DNA of 64,000 nt from Archangium sp. (GTDB lineage: Bacteria; Myxococcota; Myxococcia; Myxococcales; Myxococcaceae): the NCBI GenBank assembly GCA_031367385.1, contig JANLPS010000027.1, forward strand, positions 31,650-95,649. Reading direction: 5' to 3'. Positions 1 through 10,529 of this stretch are shown here, in pieces. Within the stretch, counting starts at the first letter, position 1; every line of letters starts with the position of its first letter. The translations under genes were made by a program, and so were the position numbers. The notes beneath the pieces were generated by a model. The model was given only the letters and a program-made list of their open reading frames with translations, was not told the DNA's origin and ran no database searches.

Positions 1-283
1 ACATCGAGAAGGTCACTGGCAAACCAATCGGCACGAGGCATTCGCCGCGGGGCCCCTTGGGGCAGCTCTCGGCGAGAAACACCGAGGTGTACGGGGTCTG
101 AATCTGAGGCAGAGTGCCCGCATCGTCGGTGAACATGCCCGCGTCTGAAGAGCCGCTGCTGGGGCCCGCGTCAGCCGTGGGCACGAGGCAGGCGCGGTGA
201 TCTCCACCCGCCGGGCATTGGGCCCGAGGCCCACACGCGGCAAGGAAAAAACCAAGCACACAACAGACCCCGGTAGCTCGCAT
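1..283 (-). CDS. Lipoprotein with DAG-repeat linker, runs off the window edge (3' partial)
   Basis: Not in the ORF track. Read manually from ATG at 283: MRATGVCCVLGFFLAACGPRAQCPAGGDHRACLVPTADAGPSSGSSDAGMFTDDAGTLP... Lipobox LAAC; open to position 1. Confidence 0.75.
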   Translation of the reverse strand, partial: MRATGVCCVLGFFLAACGPRAQCPAGGDHRACLVPTADAGPSSGSSDAGMFTDDAGTLPQIQTPYTSVFLAESCPKGPRGECLVPIGLPVTFSM

Positions 284-480
284 CGTGCGGGTATATCCGG
301 AAACGGTGGGCGATCACCTGGCCATCGCCTGCCACAGGCCTGGGCCCGGGGCACGCTGGGGCTCAGGGGTGACAGACGCAGGTTTCGTCGGTGGCGAGGC
401 CGATGGCCCTCTGTCTTCACGCGCAACGCAGACGCTTGGGCGTGGCTCGGCTCCCGCGCGTTGTGGCCTCGGGCCCGCAG

Positions 481-3400
481 CTATTTCTTCTCGACCAGCA
501 GGTCGCGGCCCTGCACCAGGTCGACCTCCCCGGCGAATTGGCCGAACGCGTCGTACTTCGCGGGCACGATTCGCGCCTGCGGCACCAGCAGCGTCTCGTC
601 GATGGTCAGCACATTTTCTTTTTGGGTCTCAGCGCGCACGAAGGTGCCCACCGGCCCCGCGAGGCTCACCTGCGGCACCGGCCCCGAGAGCACCCAGCCC
701 TTGGGCAAGGTCATCACCGTGGTGGTGTGGGTGGCCTCGGTCGCGGGCAGAAACAGCGGGGTGCGCCGGCTGCTCAGCATCAGGTATCGCCTCCCCAGCA
801 GCGCCGGGTAGGTCAGCGACGAGACGATCATACGCGAGTCGCCCTCGAGGCGGCCGAAGCGGTGGGCGGTGAACTTGTACGTGACCTTCACCGTCGCGCC
901 GACCTCACGCTTGGCCTCGACCTCGATGCCCTGCATGTCGGCGCCGCCGAAGTAGCGCGAGAGGGCTTGCTGCAAGGCCTGGTCGCGTTGATCAGGCGAG
1001 AGGCTCTCGAGCCCCTCGGCGAGCTGCGCTGCTTCGAAGCCGGTGTAGGTCTCTTCGCCGGTGCCGCTGAGCACGCCGTCTTCAGCGAGCGTGAGGGTGA
1101 GCTTCACGTTCTTGCCCGGCCGGTTGATCGCCGGCGGAGTCTTCACCTTCTCGAGCGGTTTGCCCGGCTCGGGAAAGAGGTAGGCCTCGCGCTCGCCCAT
1201 CGCGAACTCGGGCAGCTCTCCGAAGGGCGCATAGCGAACGAGCGCGTCGAGCCAGATGGGCGCTTGCTCGGGCAGGGTGACTCGCAGGCACACGTACGGC
1301 AGCAGCGCCTCGGCGGGGAAAAGATAGCCCGCCGGGTCTGAGGTGAACGCCCGCACCGCCACCAACCGCGCGTCGAAGCCCAGCGCCGCGAGCGACGATT
1401 TGAGCAACCAGGTTCGGCTGCCCCGGTCTTGCGTGACGCTCGCCGCAGCGGGAAAGGTGAGGCCCGAATCGCGCCCCGACAGCTTGGTCATCACCGCGGC
1501 GTACACGGCCTTCACCGCGTCGACGCCGGTCTTGTCACCGGCCGCCGTGCGAGCGAACTGCTCGACCTCGTGGGTGATGAGGCCCTTGTCGATGAATGCG
1601 TCACTGTAGGCGGTGACCAGGCCCTCGTTGCCTTGCTGGCCCGCGCCGACGCTCACGAAGGGCAGAAACTCGTTGCCGCTCACCGGGCCGCTCGGCTCGG
1701 GTATGTAGGGGCGCACCCGGCGCTCTTCGTGAAAGTACACTTCGTCTTCGGCGTTCACCTTGGGCGGCGGTGACTCCATGTTGTGCGCGTCGACTTTCAT
1801 GCCCGCGCCCTTCGGAGCGATGACCGTGTAGGTGCTCCAGTTGTTCGGCTGCCCAGCGACTTGAAAGTAGAAGCTCGATGAGGTGAAGCCGGGTTGCCCC
1901 GGGCCGCGTGAGGGGTGCGCCAGCAGGTACTCGTATTCGACGAGGTCGCCGACCTGCACGCCGGGCATGCTGATGGTCTCTTTGCCCTCGATGCCTTCGG
2001 GCTCTTGCACGCTGCCGTCGGGCTTGAGCGTGCGCAGCTTGAGCACCTGGGCGCCCTCGGGCAGGTTCACTTCGGCGATCTCCTGAACGCCTTGCTGGTC
2101 GAGCGCCTTTTCGATGATGTGAATGCGGTCGACCTGGCTGCCATCGGGGTAGGCGCGAATCGCCGCCGCGTCGAGCAGAAAGGCCGCGTTCGCCTCTTCA
2201 TTGCCGGGGGCCGCTTCGTAGGCCTTGAGCGCGTCTTGGGTCGAGATGGCGTACTCGGCGAGTGGCTCTTTGCCGGTCTTGGCCCTCGAGAGTGAGCGGC
2301 GCAGCGTGAGGTCGCTGCCGTCGAGCAACAGCGCGCTCTCACGCGCCGCCATCGCTTCGGCGTCGCGACCGGCCAGCTCGAGCACGTCGCCCAATTGCTT
2401 GGCCAGGTTCGGGTTTCGCGGCCATTGCGCGCGCACGCTCTGCAACACCTTCACTGCGTCGTCGAACTTCTGCTGCGCCACCAGCAGCTTGACCAGCGAC
2501 GAGGCGATGACCACCTGGCTTTGATCTCGGTCGAGCAGCTGGCGCCAGGCGCTCGAGGCCAGGGCCAGATTGCCGCGGGCTCGCTGGTGATCTGCCGTTC
2601 GCGCCAGCGCGGCGGAGCAGGTGCTTGTCGCCTTGAGCAAAGAGTCTGCATCAGCGACCGCGTCACGGCGGCGCGCCACGTCGTACTGCAACACGAGTGA
2701 CTCGCAGCTGCCCTGGTAGGCCTTCTCGGCCTCGCGCGCGGTGATGACCGCCTGGGCATCGAGCCCCAGCGCCAGCTCGACCCGCGCCTGCAACTGCAGC
2801 AGCGCCGCGTTCGGCGACTTCTCGCTCGCCCGGGCGGTCTTGACGATGCCCAGCGCGTCGAGCTGCCGGCCGTCGTCGAGGGCCAGCTGCGCGGTCAACA
2901 GCCGGGCCTGAATGAAGCCCGGGTCTTTCGCCAACGCTGCTTCGAGATCTCGCGTCGCGCGGCCCCGGGCCACCTTGGCGAGCATGGTGCGGTCTTGCAG
3001 CGCCATCTCAGCGCGCAGCACCTGCACCATCGGCGCGTTCACGGTCGGGGGCAGGGCGTTCATCATGCGCCAGGCGCCATCGCGGTGCCGGCCGAGCGAG
3101 TCGCGCGCGGCGATGAAGCGCGCCAGGGCTTCGCCACCCTCGTCGAAGAGCTCGCGGTAGACCGCCGGGGCCCCGTCGCGCACCGGCTCACGGTCAGGCA
3201 GCTCGAGCCCCGACCACTTGGGCGCCGGCCCTTGCGCGGGCTCGAAGGTCACCCTCGAGGGCTGCCCGTCGACCCGCACCAGCCCGATGGTCAGAAACCC
3301 CAGCGCTTCTTCTTTCGTCATTCGCACCATCAGGCGGTGCTGCCCCGCGGGCAACTCGAAGTCGCGCACCAGCAGCGTCGGGGCCGGGTGCTGCCAGGTC

Positions 3401-4242
3401 AGCCGCTCGATGACGACCGTGCCGTCGATGGTGACGACGTGGTCCATCGAGCTGGTCGAGCGCACCTCGTACCTGCCGCCCTGCGTGACCGTGGCGTCGA
3501 CGGCGAGCACGTAGACGTCGCCGGTGGTGGGCTCTCCGCCCAGTGAGAAACGGCCGTCGGCGAAGCGAATGGTGCGCGGTTGCAGCTCGCCAAACGGCCC
3601 TCGGCCCAACGCGCTCATCGAGCCGGTGGTCTCAGGCGCCGTGCGCTCACCCGCCGACAGCACGTGCCACGCCGAGAAAGGCCCGACCAACGTCGCGGCG
3701 GTCGGCACGCCCATGTCGAGCACGGTCTGCGCGTGGCGAGGCAGATCATGTCGCGCCTGGTAAATCGTCGCCAGCGACGACCGGAGCAGCTGCGCGGCTT
3801 CAGTCAGCAGGCCCTTCTCGAGCATCGCCGGCACCCGGTCGATGATCAGCTGATCAGTCGAGGCCGCGTTGCCTGCGACTTCGAGCACCACGCGGGCCGC
3901 CGGAGCCGAGAGCGGGTGCCGCGGGTTTCGCTCGCACAGGTCGAGCGCCGCCCCCAAGGCTCGCTGAGGTGAAGCGCTGCGCAGCGCCAGCATCGCTTGC
4001 CCATAGAGCGCCCAGGGCTCGGCGGCCGAGCGCTCGAGCGACGAGTCGAAGCGGGCCCGGGCCTCGTCGGCGTTGCCGGTCAACAGCAGCGCGTGCCAGC
4101 CCGCCAAGGCCAGGGTTCGAGAGTCTGCGTTCGGTTGCGCAGCGGCCTCGTTGGCCTGGTCGAGCACCTCGGTCGGCGGCACCACCCGTCGCACGCAGCC
4201 AGACAGCACCAACACCACAGCCACTGTGAAAAAACGTCGCAT
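481..4242 (-). CDS. Large TPR-repeat lipoprotein with C-terminal DUF3857 / transglutaminase-like / DUF3858-type region
   Basis: 1253 aa. Lipobox LSGC; long helical TPR-like region; motifs RTLKPDG and MPGVQVGDLVEYEY typical of DUF3857. Confidence 0.75.
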   Translation of the reverse strand: MRRFFTVAVVLVLSGCVRRVVPPTEVLDQANEAAAQPNADSRTLALAGWHALLLTGNADEARARFDSSLERSAAEPWALYGQAMLALRSASPQRALGAALDLCERNPRHPLSAPAARVVLEVAGNAASTDQLIIDRVPAMLEKGLLTEAAQLLRSSLATIYQARHDLPRHAQTVLDMGVPTAATLVGPFSAWHVLSAGERTAPETTGSMSALGRGPFGELQPRTIRFADGRFSLGGEPTTGDVYVLAVDATVTQGGRYEVRSTSSMDHVVTIDGTVVIERLTWQHPAPTLLVRDFELPAGQHRLMVRMTKEEALGFLTIGLVRVDGQPSRVTFEPAQGPAPKWSGLELPDREPVRDGAPAVYRELFDEGGEALARFIAARDSLGRHRDGAWRMMNALPPTVNAPMVQVLRAEMALQDRTMLAKVARGRATRDLEAALAKDPGFIQARLLTAQLALDDGRQLDALGIVKTARASEKSPNAALLQLQARVELALGLDAQAVITAREAEKAYQGSCESLVLQYDVARRRDAVADADSLLKATSTCSAALARTADHQRARGNLALASSAWRQLLDRDQSQVVIASSLVKLLVAQQKFDDAVKVLQSVRAQWPRNPNLAKQLGDVLELAGRDAEAMAARESALLLDGSDLTLRRSLSRAKTGKEPLAEYAISTQDALKAYEAAPGNEEANAAFLLDAAAIRAYPDGSQVDRIHIIEKALDQQGVQEIAEVNLPEGAQVLKLRTLKPDGSVQEPEGIEGKETISMPGVQVGDLVEYEYLLAHPSRGPGQPGFTSSSFYFQVAGQPNNWSTYTVIAPKGAGMKVDAHNMESPPPKVNAEDEVYFHEERRVRPYIPEPSGPVSGNEFLPFVSVGAGQQGNEGLVTAYSDAFIDKGLITHEVEQFARTAAGDKTGVDAVKAVYAAVMTKLSGRDSGLTFPAAASVTQDRGSRTWLLKSSLAALGFDARLVAVRAFTSDPAGYLFPAEALLPYVCLRVTLPEQAPIWLDALVRYAPFGELPEFAMGEREAYLFPEPGKPLEKVKTPPAINRPGKNVKLTLTLAEDGVLSGTGEETYTGFEAAQLAEGLESLSPDQRDQALQQALSRYFGGADMQGIEVEAKREVGATVKVTYKFTAHRFGRLEGDSRMIVSSLTYPALLGRRYLMLSSRRTPLFLPATEATHTTTVMTLPKGWVLSGPVPQVSLAGPVGTFVRAETQKENVLTIDETLLVPQARIVPAKYDAFGQFAGEVDLVQGRDLLVEKK

Positions 4243-4490
4243 GTCGAGCGGTGGACATACTCTCGGCCGCCCAGGCTGGCGACGCTTACTTGGCTCGACG
4301 AACGCTTGTTCACAGACTGCGGCGATCGCCGCACCCAGCGCATTTCACCTGGCGGCGTTGACGGCGGTTCGGCTGAGATCACCTCGAAGCCAAGAGCCGA
4401 GCTGCACCGAGCGGAGAGCCAGCTCAGGCTCGGACCGGCGTTCTTCCGTGAAACTAGGCAATGAATTCATGAGGTTAAAAAGCAAAGAAG

Positions 4491-4523
4491 ACACGCAACT
4501 CTCATTCTTGGTTTTCGATAACT
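4491..4523 (+). promoter_or_regulatory. Bipartite motif ACACGCAACT-N14-TCGATAACT, candidate alternative-sigma promoter
   Basis: Near-identical motif with the same spacing at 43403-43435; ends 7 nt before the ATG at 4531. Confidence 0.55.
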
Positions 4524-4530
4524 TAGGACT

Positions 4531-5547
4531 ATGGCGAACAACAACATTACCGGCGCTCGCGCCAATTCAATCACGTCGCTCCCTGTTCAAGATGACTCCC
4601 TCGTTGCGCCTGACCCGCAGCCAGTGGTCGTGGGCTCGGGGCACCCGGGCGCCAGCTCGCTCGACCCGAAATCAAAACCGGTGGCCACCGCGACCATCGC
4701 CGGGGCGACGCCGATCTCCGCCAACGCAGTGAAGGTCACGGGCACCGCGCTCACCGCTGGCGCGGCCACCGAGGCCGCCCGCAATGAATCCTCCAAGCTG
4801 ACGACGCATGGCAAGAACATTGCGGGCGTCGGCAAGTCGGTTCACGGCATCGCGAAGAAAGTGGCGGGCGCCGCAGACGACGAGGCCACAACGACCGACC
4901 GCATGCAAGATGCCGCCGGCGCCTTGAAAGACACCGCGAAGATGGTCAGTGGTTCGACCAAGCTCACCGACAACCTTTCGGCCAAGACCATCAGGAACCT
5001 GAAGGTCGGCGGGTATGGCGCGGGAGCGGTCGCTGGAGCCTTCAATGTCTACACGAACGCGGGCGAGCTGCGCGAGAACCTCGGCAAAGCGTTCGACGGT
5101 GACCCGAAGGCGATCGCCGACTCTTTCAACAACACCGCGCAGATCATCAGCGGCAGCGCCCGAGTCGTCACCGACGTGGCCGACGGGGCGAAGCTCCTGC
5201 GGGTCGGCGGAGCCGCCGCTGTGGTTGCCGGGAAGTCGGTCGTCGGGGTGGCGCTGAAGGCAGCGCCCATTGTCGGCGCGGCGATCGGCACCGCCAAGGC
5301 CACCATCGACATGTTCAAAGACCCGTCGGTCGAGAACGGTCTGAAGTTGGCTGCGAACGCGATCGGCCTCATCCCCCTCCCCGGGATGTCGGCGGTCTCG
5401 ATGGCCGCGGCCGCGGCGCTCGAGAACCCCAAGGTCATGGCCGCCACCGCAGGCGCGGTTCGGTCAGCCGGCAAGTGGGCCTCGGGCGTGGCCGACCGCA
5501 TGGCCGCCAACGCCGCCACGATGGAACCTCTGGGCCTCGCGATGTAA
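4531..5547 (+). CDS. Ala/Gly/Thr-rich hypothetical protein with glycine-zipper-like hydrophobic helices and no Sec signal
   Basis: 338 aa ORF with genome-typical codon usage; disordered Ser/Thr/Pro-rich N-terminus; C-terminal small-residue helices (GYGAGAVAGAFN, AAPIVGAAIG, AIGLIPLPG). Confidence 0.7.
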   Translation: MANNNITGARANSITSLPVQDDSLVAPDPQPVVVGSGHPGASSLDPKSKPVATATIAGATPISANAVKVTGTALTAGAATEAARNESSKLTTHGKNIAGVGKSVHGIAKKVAGAADDEATTTDRMQDAAGALKDTAKMVSGSTKLTDNLSAKTIRNLKVGGYGAGAVAGAFNVYTNAGELRENLGKAFDGDPKAIADSFNNTAQIISGSARVVTDVADGAKLLRVGGAAAVVAGKSVVGVALKAAPIVGAAIGTAKATIDMFKDPSVENGLKLAANAIGLIPLPGMSAVSMAAAAALENPKVMAATAGAVRSAGKWASGVADRMAANAATMEPLGLAM

Positions 5548-5553
5548 GACAAC

Positions 5554-6561
5554 GTGGTGAATCCACTCTCGCTGACTCCGGTGCCGTTGCCCAAGGTCGA
5601 GGCTCCTTCCATCGACGGGCTCATTTTGAAGGTCCCAGCGGCGAAGGTGCCGACGCCTGACGACGTCATGGCGCGCCTCGAAGAGCATCGCCGTGCCCAT
5701 GCCGTCGCGACCCAGAAAAAAACCGGCGACGCCATCGGCCCCTTCGACGAGGTGTGCGTCGACCTGATCGGGTACGCCAACGGCAAGCTCGTGCCCGGCT
5801 CGGCGCAGTTCGGGCTCTGGGTGCGCATCGACAGACCTTTGAGCTTTCCTGAGCTTGCCGCCGCGCTGAAGCTGGCCACTGTGGGTGACGGGCTCAAGGT
5901 GAACCTGACGTTGCCCGAGAGCTTCTTCATTCCCGCGCTCCGCAACACGCCGGCCGTCTACTTGATGGACGTGAAGGAGGCGCAGCACCTCAAGTTGCCC
6001 AAGCTCGACGACCCGGGCTTCTTGGCAAAAATCGGCGGGGCGAAAACCCTGCCCGAGGCGCTCAACAAAATCGCCGAAGAGCTGGGTGCGCAGTTCGCGG
6101 TCGCAGCCACCTTCCGCGCGCTCCACGTCGCCATTGAGTCGGTCGCTGCCCGGGCCGAAGTGCAGCTCTCCCCCAAGCTCCTCCAGCAAGAGCTGTGGAA
6201 CGTGTGGCGCGAGGTCGAAGGGAAAGCGCTCTCAGAACATGGCCTCCTCGGTCAAGAGCAAGTCGACTCCTTTGAGAATTGGAAAGACGACCCCAAGGCA
6301 GTCGCCGACGTCGAGCGCCGGTTGCGCAACACCATCGTGATGATGGCCGTTGCCAAGGCCCACGAGGCCGAGCTTACCCACGAGCGGCTCGTCGAAACGG
6401 CCGTGCGCTGGGTCTCGGTCTTGGGCATCTCCGAGGAGAAACTCGCGGAGTTCAAGCACCAGGACGACGCGACCAAGTCTCAGACTGGTGCGCTGCTGAT
6501 GGAGATCGCCGCGGCTGAGCTGGTGCTCGAGCGCTCGACCCTCTCGTGGGTCACCGCGTAG
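5554..6561 (+). CDS. Trigger-factor-like protein (FKBP-like plus C-terminal chaperone domain) lacking the N-terminal ribosome-binding domain
   Basis: 335 aa. PKVEAPSIDGLILKVP...DDVMARLEEHRR...DEVCVDLIGYANGKLVPGS follows the trigger factor linker/FKBP pattern; no GFRxGxxP motif. Confidence 0.7.
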   Translation: MVNPLSLTPVPLPKVEAPSIDGLILKVPAAKVPTPDDVMARLEEHRRAHAVATQKKTGDAIGPFDEVCVDLIGYANGKLVPGSAQFGLWVRIDRPLSFPELAAALKLATVGDGLKVNLTLPESFFIPALRNTPAVYLMDVKEAQHLKLPKLDDPGFLAKIGGAKTLPEALNKIAEELGAQFAVAATFRALHVAIESVAARAEVQLSPKLLQQELWNVWREVEGKALSEHGLLGQEQVDSFENWKDDPKAVADVERRLRNTIVMMAVAKAHEAELTHERLVETAVRWVSVLGISEEKLAEFKHQDDATKSQTGALLMEIAAAELVLERSTLSWVTA

Positions 6562-6621
6562 CGCTGCTTTGAAGCTGCTCGCTTGTTTGGAGCCCGCAGA
6601 AATCGACGCTACGGTGACCCG

Positions 6622-7194
6622 ATGATTCGGCGATTTCTCAGGCTGCGGTGGTGGGTGCAGCTCGCGATCATCGCGCTCACGCCCCTGGCTGCGATCAACG
6701 GCGCGGTTGTGTTTTTCGGCAATTCGTACGTCTTTCCCTTTTCTCCTTTCTACTTGAGCGAAAAGCTCTCTGCGTTGCGGCAGTACGCGATGCACCGGCC
6801 ACTGTGCCTGTTCTCGGGGCACCCAGACCTGGGGCCGCTGGTGAGGGCCGCTGAGAAGAAGCACGGCCTGCCACCCGGGTTGATGCAGGCCATCGTCGAC
6901 GTCGAGTCGGGCAGCCACGCCCACCGCATCTCGTACGCCGGCGCGATGGGGCCCGCGCAGCTAATGCCCTCGACCGCTGAGCTGCTCGGCGTGCGCGACC
7001 CCTTCGAGCCCTCGCAGGCCATCGACGGAGGCGCGCGGTACCTGGCCACCCAGCTCGCCCACACCCATGACGTGCGGTTGGCGGTTGCCTCGTACAACGC
7101 GGGCCCTGGCAACGTGCGCGGGTTCGTGCCCCGCAACGGGCAGACCGAGTACTACGTCGCCGCGGTGATGGAGCGGCTCCACCGCAAAGACTGA
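6622..7194 (+). CDS. Membrane-anchored lytic transglycosylase (SLT domain)
   Basis: Motifs VES, GAMGPAQLMP and SYNAGPG; N-terminal TM helix. Confidence 0.9.
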   Translation: MIRRFLRLRWWVQLAIIALTPLAAINGAVVFFGNSYVFPFSPFYLSEKLSALRQYAMHRPLCLFSGHPDLGPLVRAAEKKHGLPPGLMQAIVDVESGSHAHRISYAGAMGPAQLMPSTAELLGVRDPFEPSQAIDGGARYLATQLAHTHDVRLAVASYNAGPGNVRGFVPRNGQTEYYVAAVMERLHRKD

Positions 7195-7198
7195 CCCC

Positions 7199-7669
7199 TC
7201 ACGGGTTGTGCGGAGGCTGCTCGCGCACCAGCTCGCCCAGCAGTTTCTTGAGCGCGTCGTTCTCAGCGGCGCCCAGGTCGAGAAAGCTGATGCCGACGCC
7301 CTCTTTGCCCTTGACCCACCGCACCTGCGCCTTGAATTTCGAGCCCACCGGCAACCGGCCAGTGAGCCTCACTTCGACCTTCAGGTCGGCGAACTTCTCG
7401 AGCGCAAGCGAGGTCTTCAAGAAGCCTCCGCCGGCGCCGATGTTGGTGAGCACCCCGGTGCCAGTGGCCGCCGCGGTCTGCACGCTGACCGAGAGGTAGC
7501 ACTGAAAACGGTCGGTCGTTCTGCGAGAGGCCAAAATGTCGGCCATCTGCTTGAGCACCGTGGCCCGCTCAGTGAGCGTCGCCGCGTCGCTCTTGCCATT
7601 GATGGCCTCGAGACGCCGCACCAACCCTGCATATTCGTCGTCACCCGCGCTCCGCGTCTTCGTCTCCAT
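7199..7669 (-). CDS. PilZ-domain protein
   Basis: RRTTDRF (RxxxR), NIGAGGGF, and AQVRW...GVGISF. Start chosen at METKTR. Confidence 0.8.
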   Translation of the reverse strand: METKTRSAGDDEYAGLVRRLEAINGKSDAATLTERATVLKQMADILASRRTTDRFQCYLSVSVQTAAATGTGVLTNIGAGGGFLKTSLALEKFADLKVEVRLTGRLPVGSKFKAQVRWVKGKEGVGISFLDLGAAENDALKKLLGELVREQPPHNP

Positions 7670-7751
7670 GGCCCTCGATGAGACCAAATCAGCCCCCGCC
7701 TCGGCAAGGCGCCGTAACACCCACAGGTGGGTCTGACTCGGCTGGTGGGTG

Positions 7752-7777
7752 AATTGTATTGCGAACAATTGAATTGC
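7752..7777 (+). promoter_or_regulatory. OhrR operator-like AT-rich inverted repeats
   Basis: AATTGT-N7-ACAATT overlapping ACAATT-G-AATTGC just upstream of ohrR-ohr; resembles the OhrR box TACAATT-N-AATTGTA. Confidence 0.7.
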
Positions 7778-7794
7778 TCGATTTTGAAGTCGCG

Positions 7795-8232
7795 ATGACC
7801 GCGCTCCTGCTCGATGATCAGCTGTGCTTTGCCGTCTACGCGGCGTCGCGGGCGATGATCGGCGTCTACCGCCCGGTGCTCGATGAGTTGGGTCTGACCT
7901 ACCCCCAGTACCTGACGCTGCTCGTGCTCTGGGAGCAGAGCCCGGTGTCGGTGTCGCACCTCGGTCTGCGCCTCCAACTCGATTCGGGCACGCTCACGCC
8001 GCTGCTCAAGCGCCTCGAAAAACAGGGCCTGGTGGAGCGACAGCGCCGAGCCGACGACGAGCGGGTGGTCGACATTCACCTGACCCTGGCTGGCAAGAAG
8101 CTGCGGGCGCGGGCGCTCAAGGTGCCCGAAGCGATGCTGTGCCGTCTCAACCGCACCCGCTCCGAGGCCATGGCGCTCCGAGACCAACTTCACCTGCTGA
8201 CGCAGCACCTCACCGCAACCAAGAAAGGCTGA
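7795..8232 (+). CDS. ohrR: MarR-family organic hydroperoxide resistance regulator
   Basis: LDDQLCFAVYAASR, GLTYPQYL, LDSGTLTPLLKRLE, DER; adjacent to ohr. Confidence 0.92.
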   Translation: MTALLLDDQLCFAVYAASRAMIGVYRPVLDELGLTYPQYLTLLVLWEQSPVSVSHLGLRLQLDSGTLTPLLKRLEKQGLVERQRRADDERVVDIHLTLAGKKLRARALKVPEAMLCRLNRTRSEAMALRDQLHLLTQHLTATKKG

Positions 8233-8240
8233 ATTTCACA

Positions 8241-8654
<414 letters not shown>

Positions 8655-8664
8655 GGTCGGCCGC

Positions 8665-9927
8665 GTGAAGCGGTTGACGCGAGTGGGGCTTTTCATTCTC
8701 ATCGGGGTCGGGCTCGCCTTCGGGTGGGCCAGCCTCGATCGCTGCGGTGAGTGGCATGCGACGCCTGGAGGTCTGATCGGCATCGCGCGCGCGACCGGCG
8801 AGCTTCGGGTGGGTGCCGCGAAGGTACCCTTCGAGCTGCCCTACCCTGTGACCTTGGGAGGCTATGGGCCCTGGCGCTTTGAGGTGAGCTCGGCGGTCAC
8901 TCCGCTGTTTGCACGCGCGACGGTGCTCGAGGTGGGCACCCAGCGCTTCGCCCTGGTATCGCTCGAGACCTTGTTGGTGGCTGATGGGGTGGTCACCGGC
9001 ATTCGCGAAGGCCGCGCGTTTCAGGTGTGGGTCGTCGCCACGCACACCCACACCGGGCCCGGCGGGTACGATCAACGCCTCGCTGCGCAGCTCGCGGCCC
9101 TGGGCAGCTACCGCGCCGACGTCGAAAAGGCCGTGGTGGTGGCAGCGACCCAGGCGCTCGACGCGGCCCAGAACGCATTGGCTCCCGCAGTGATGGACGT
9201 GGCGCGCGACACGCATGATTTGACACGCTCTCGCTCAGGCGCGGAGATCGACGAGTCGCTGACCCGGGTTCGGTTTCGAACCGCGGGCGGCGGCCCCATC
9301 GCCCAATGGGTGCTGCTCGGCGCTCACCCGACGCTGGCCCCTCGCTCCGCCAACGCGCTCGACGGCGATTTCCCCTCTCGGGTGTCGGCCCACTTCGAGG
9401 CGAACGGCGGAGTCACCTCGGTGCTGCAGACCGCCGGCGGCAACGCGGCGCCCAACGGCTCGCTGGAAGACTTCTCGAACGTGTTGATCGAACGCGTCGC
9501 CCGCATGGCCGACGGCGCGACCGAGACATCGGTGGGCTATGGCCTGGCGACCAGCGACCTGGTGCTGGGTCACCCCGATGGCAGCCGCTTCGGGCCCTTC
9601 TTCGTGCGGCCGATGGTCGAGAACGCACTGTGTGCCAACGCGATGATGCACACCGAGGTGGGCGTGCTTCGGCTGGGCTCGATCTCATTCGCCGCCGTGC
9701 CGGCCGAGGTGACTCAGGCGAGCGCGAAGATCATCGAGCAGCAGTCGAAGACCTCGCTCGTGCTCAGCCTGGCCAATGGCTACGAGGGGTACCTCGAGCC
9801 CGCGACCGTGGTGACCGCGAACACAGGCGAGGCGCACGTGCAGTACTTCGGCCCCCAGCTGCTCTCGCAGCTCGCCGAGGCCGCGCATCAGGCCGGCGCC
9901 GCCGCCGGTACCTTCGGAGCCCAATGA
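8665..9927 (+). CDS. Neutral/alkaline ceramidase-like amidohydrolase, exported
   Basis: [19 protein letters not shown] and LANGYEGY motifs; N-terminal signal/TM segment. Confidence 0.75.
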   Translation: MKRLTRVGLFILIGVGLAFGWASLDRCGEWHATPGGLIGIARATGELRVGAAKVPFELPYPVTLGGYGPWRFEVSSAVTPLFARATVLEVGTQRFALVSLETLLVADGVVTGIREGRAFQVWVVATHTHTGPGGYDQRLAAQLAALGSYRADVEKAVVVAATQALDAAQNALAPAVMDVARDTHDLTRSRSGAEIDESLTRVRFRTAGGGPIAQWVLLGAHPTLAPRSANALDGDFPSRVSAHFEANGGVTSVLQTAGGNAAPNGSLEDFSNVLIERVARMADGATETSVGYGLATSDLVLGHPDGSRFGPFFVRPMVENALCANAMMHTEVGVLRLGSISFAAVPAEVTQASAKIIEQQSKTSLVLSLANGYEGYLEPATVVTANTGEAHVQYFGPQLLSQLAEAAHQAGAAAGTFGAQ

Positions 9928-10409
9928 CCATGCCTCTCGTCGAGCCGCTCGATGGCACCTTGTTCGATGACAACCAGTGCTTCGGCTGCAGCCCGTCGCA
10001 CCCTTTCGGCTTTCACTTGAAGTTCGAGCGCGAGGGCGACGGGGTGCTCACGCACTTCACTCCGAGCGAGCGGCACCAGGGGCCGCCGGGCATCATGCAC
10101 GGGGGGCTCGTCTCGACGCTGGCCGATGAGACCGCGGCGTGGGCAATCATCGCCAAGACGGGCACGTTTGGCTTCACCACCTCGTTCGAGTGCCGGTTGC
10201 AGGCGGCGGTGCGGGTCGGCACGGTCGTTCAGGCCCGCGCGTGGCTCACCAAAGAGACCTCGCGCATCGTGCGAGCCGGCGTGCGGGTGAGCCAGGCCGG
10301 GCATGACTGCTACACCGGTGATTTCACTTTCGTGCTGCTCGATGAAGCGGGCGCGCAGAAGATGCTCGGAGCGCCGTTGCCGCAGCAGTGGCGGCGCTTC
10401 GCCCGGTGA
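9924..10409 (+). CDS. PaaI-family hotdog thioesterase
   Basis: CFGC, HQGPPGIMHGGLVSTLADE; ATGA overlap with the upstream gene. Confidence 0.88.
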   Translation: MTMPLVEPLDGTLFDDNQCFGCSPSHPFGFHLKFEREGDGVLTHFTPSERHQGPPGIMHGGLVSTLADETAAWAIIAKTGTFGFTTSFECRLQAAVRVGTVVQARAWLTKETSRIVRAGVRVSQAGHDCYTGDFTFVLLDEAGAQKMLGAPLPQQWRRFAR

Positions 10410-10503
10410 GCATTTTTGAAGGTTCGCCGAGCTGTGTTGTCCCAACGATGCGACAGATTCCGAACCTGAATGTTCAAAAACAGTCCCAACGTTGGGACGG
10501 TCG
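10372..10503 (+). repeat. About 130-bp imperfect direct repeat, copy 1 (includes the thioesterase 3' end)
   Basis: Aligns with 11621-11750; contains palindrome GTCCCAACGTTGGGAC. Confidence 0.9.
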
Positions 10504-10529
10504 CTGGTTCGCGATTCGGGCGACCAGCG

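Noticed and set aside
290..480. GC-rich intergenic hairpins as a possible structured RNA
   Set aside because: No tRNA, SRP, 6S, tmRNA or RNase P hallmarks recognised.
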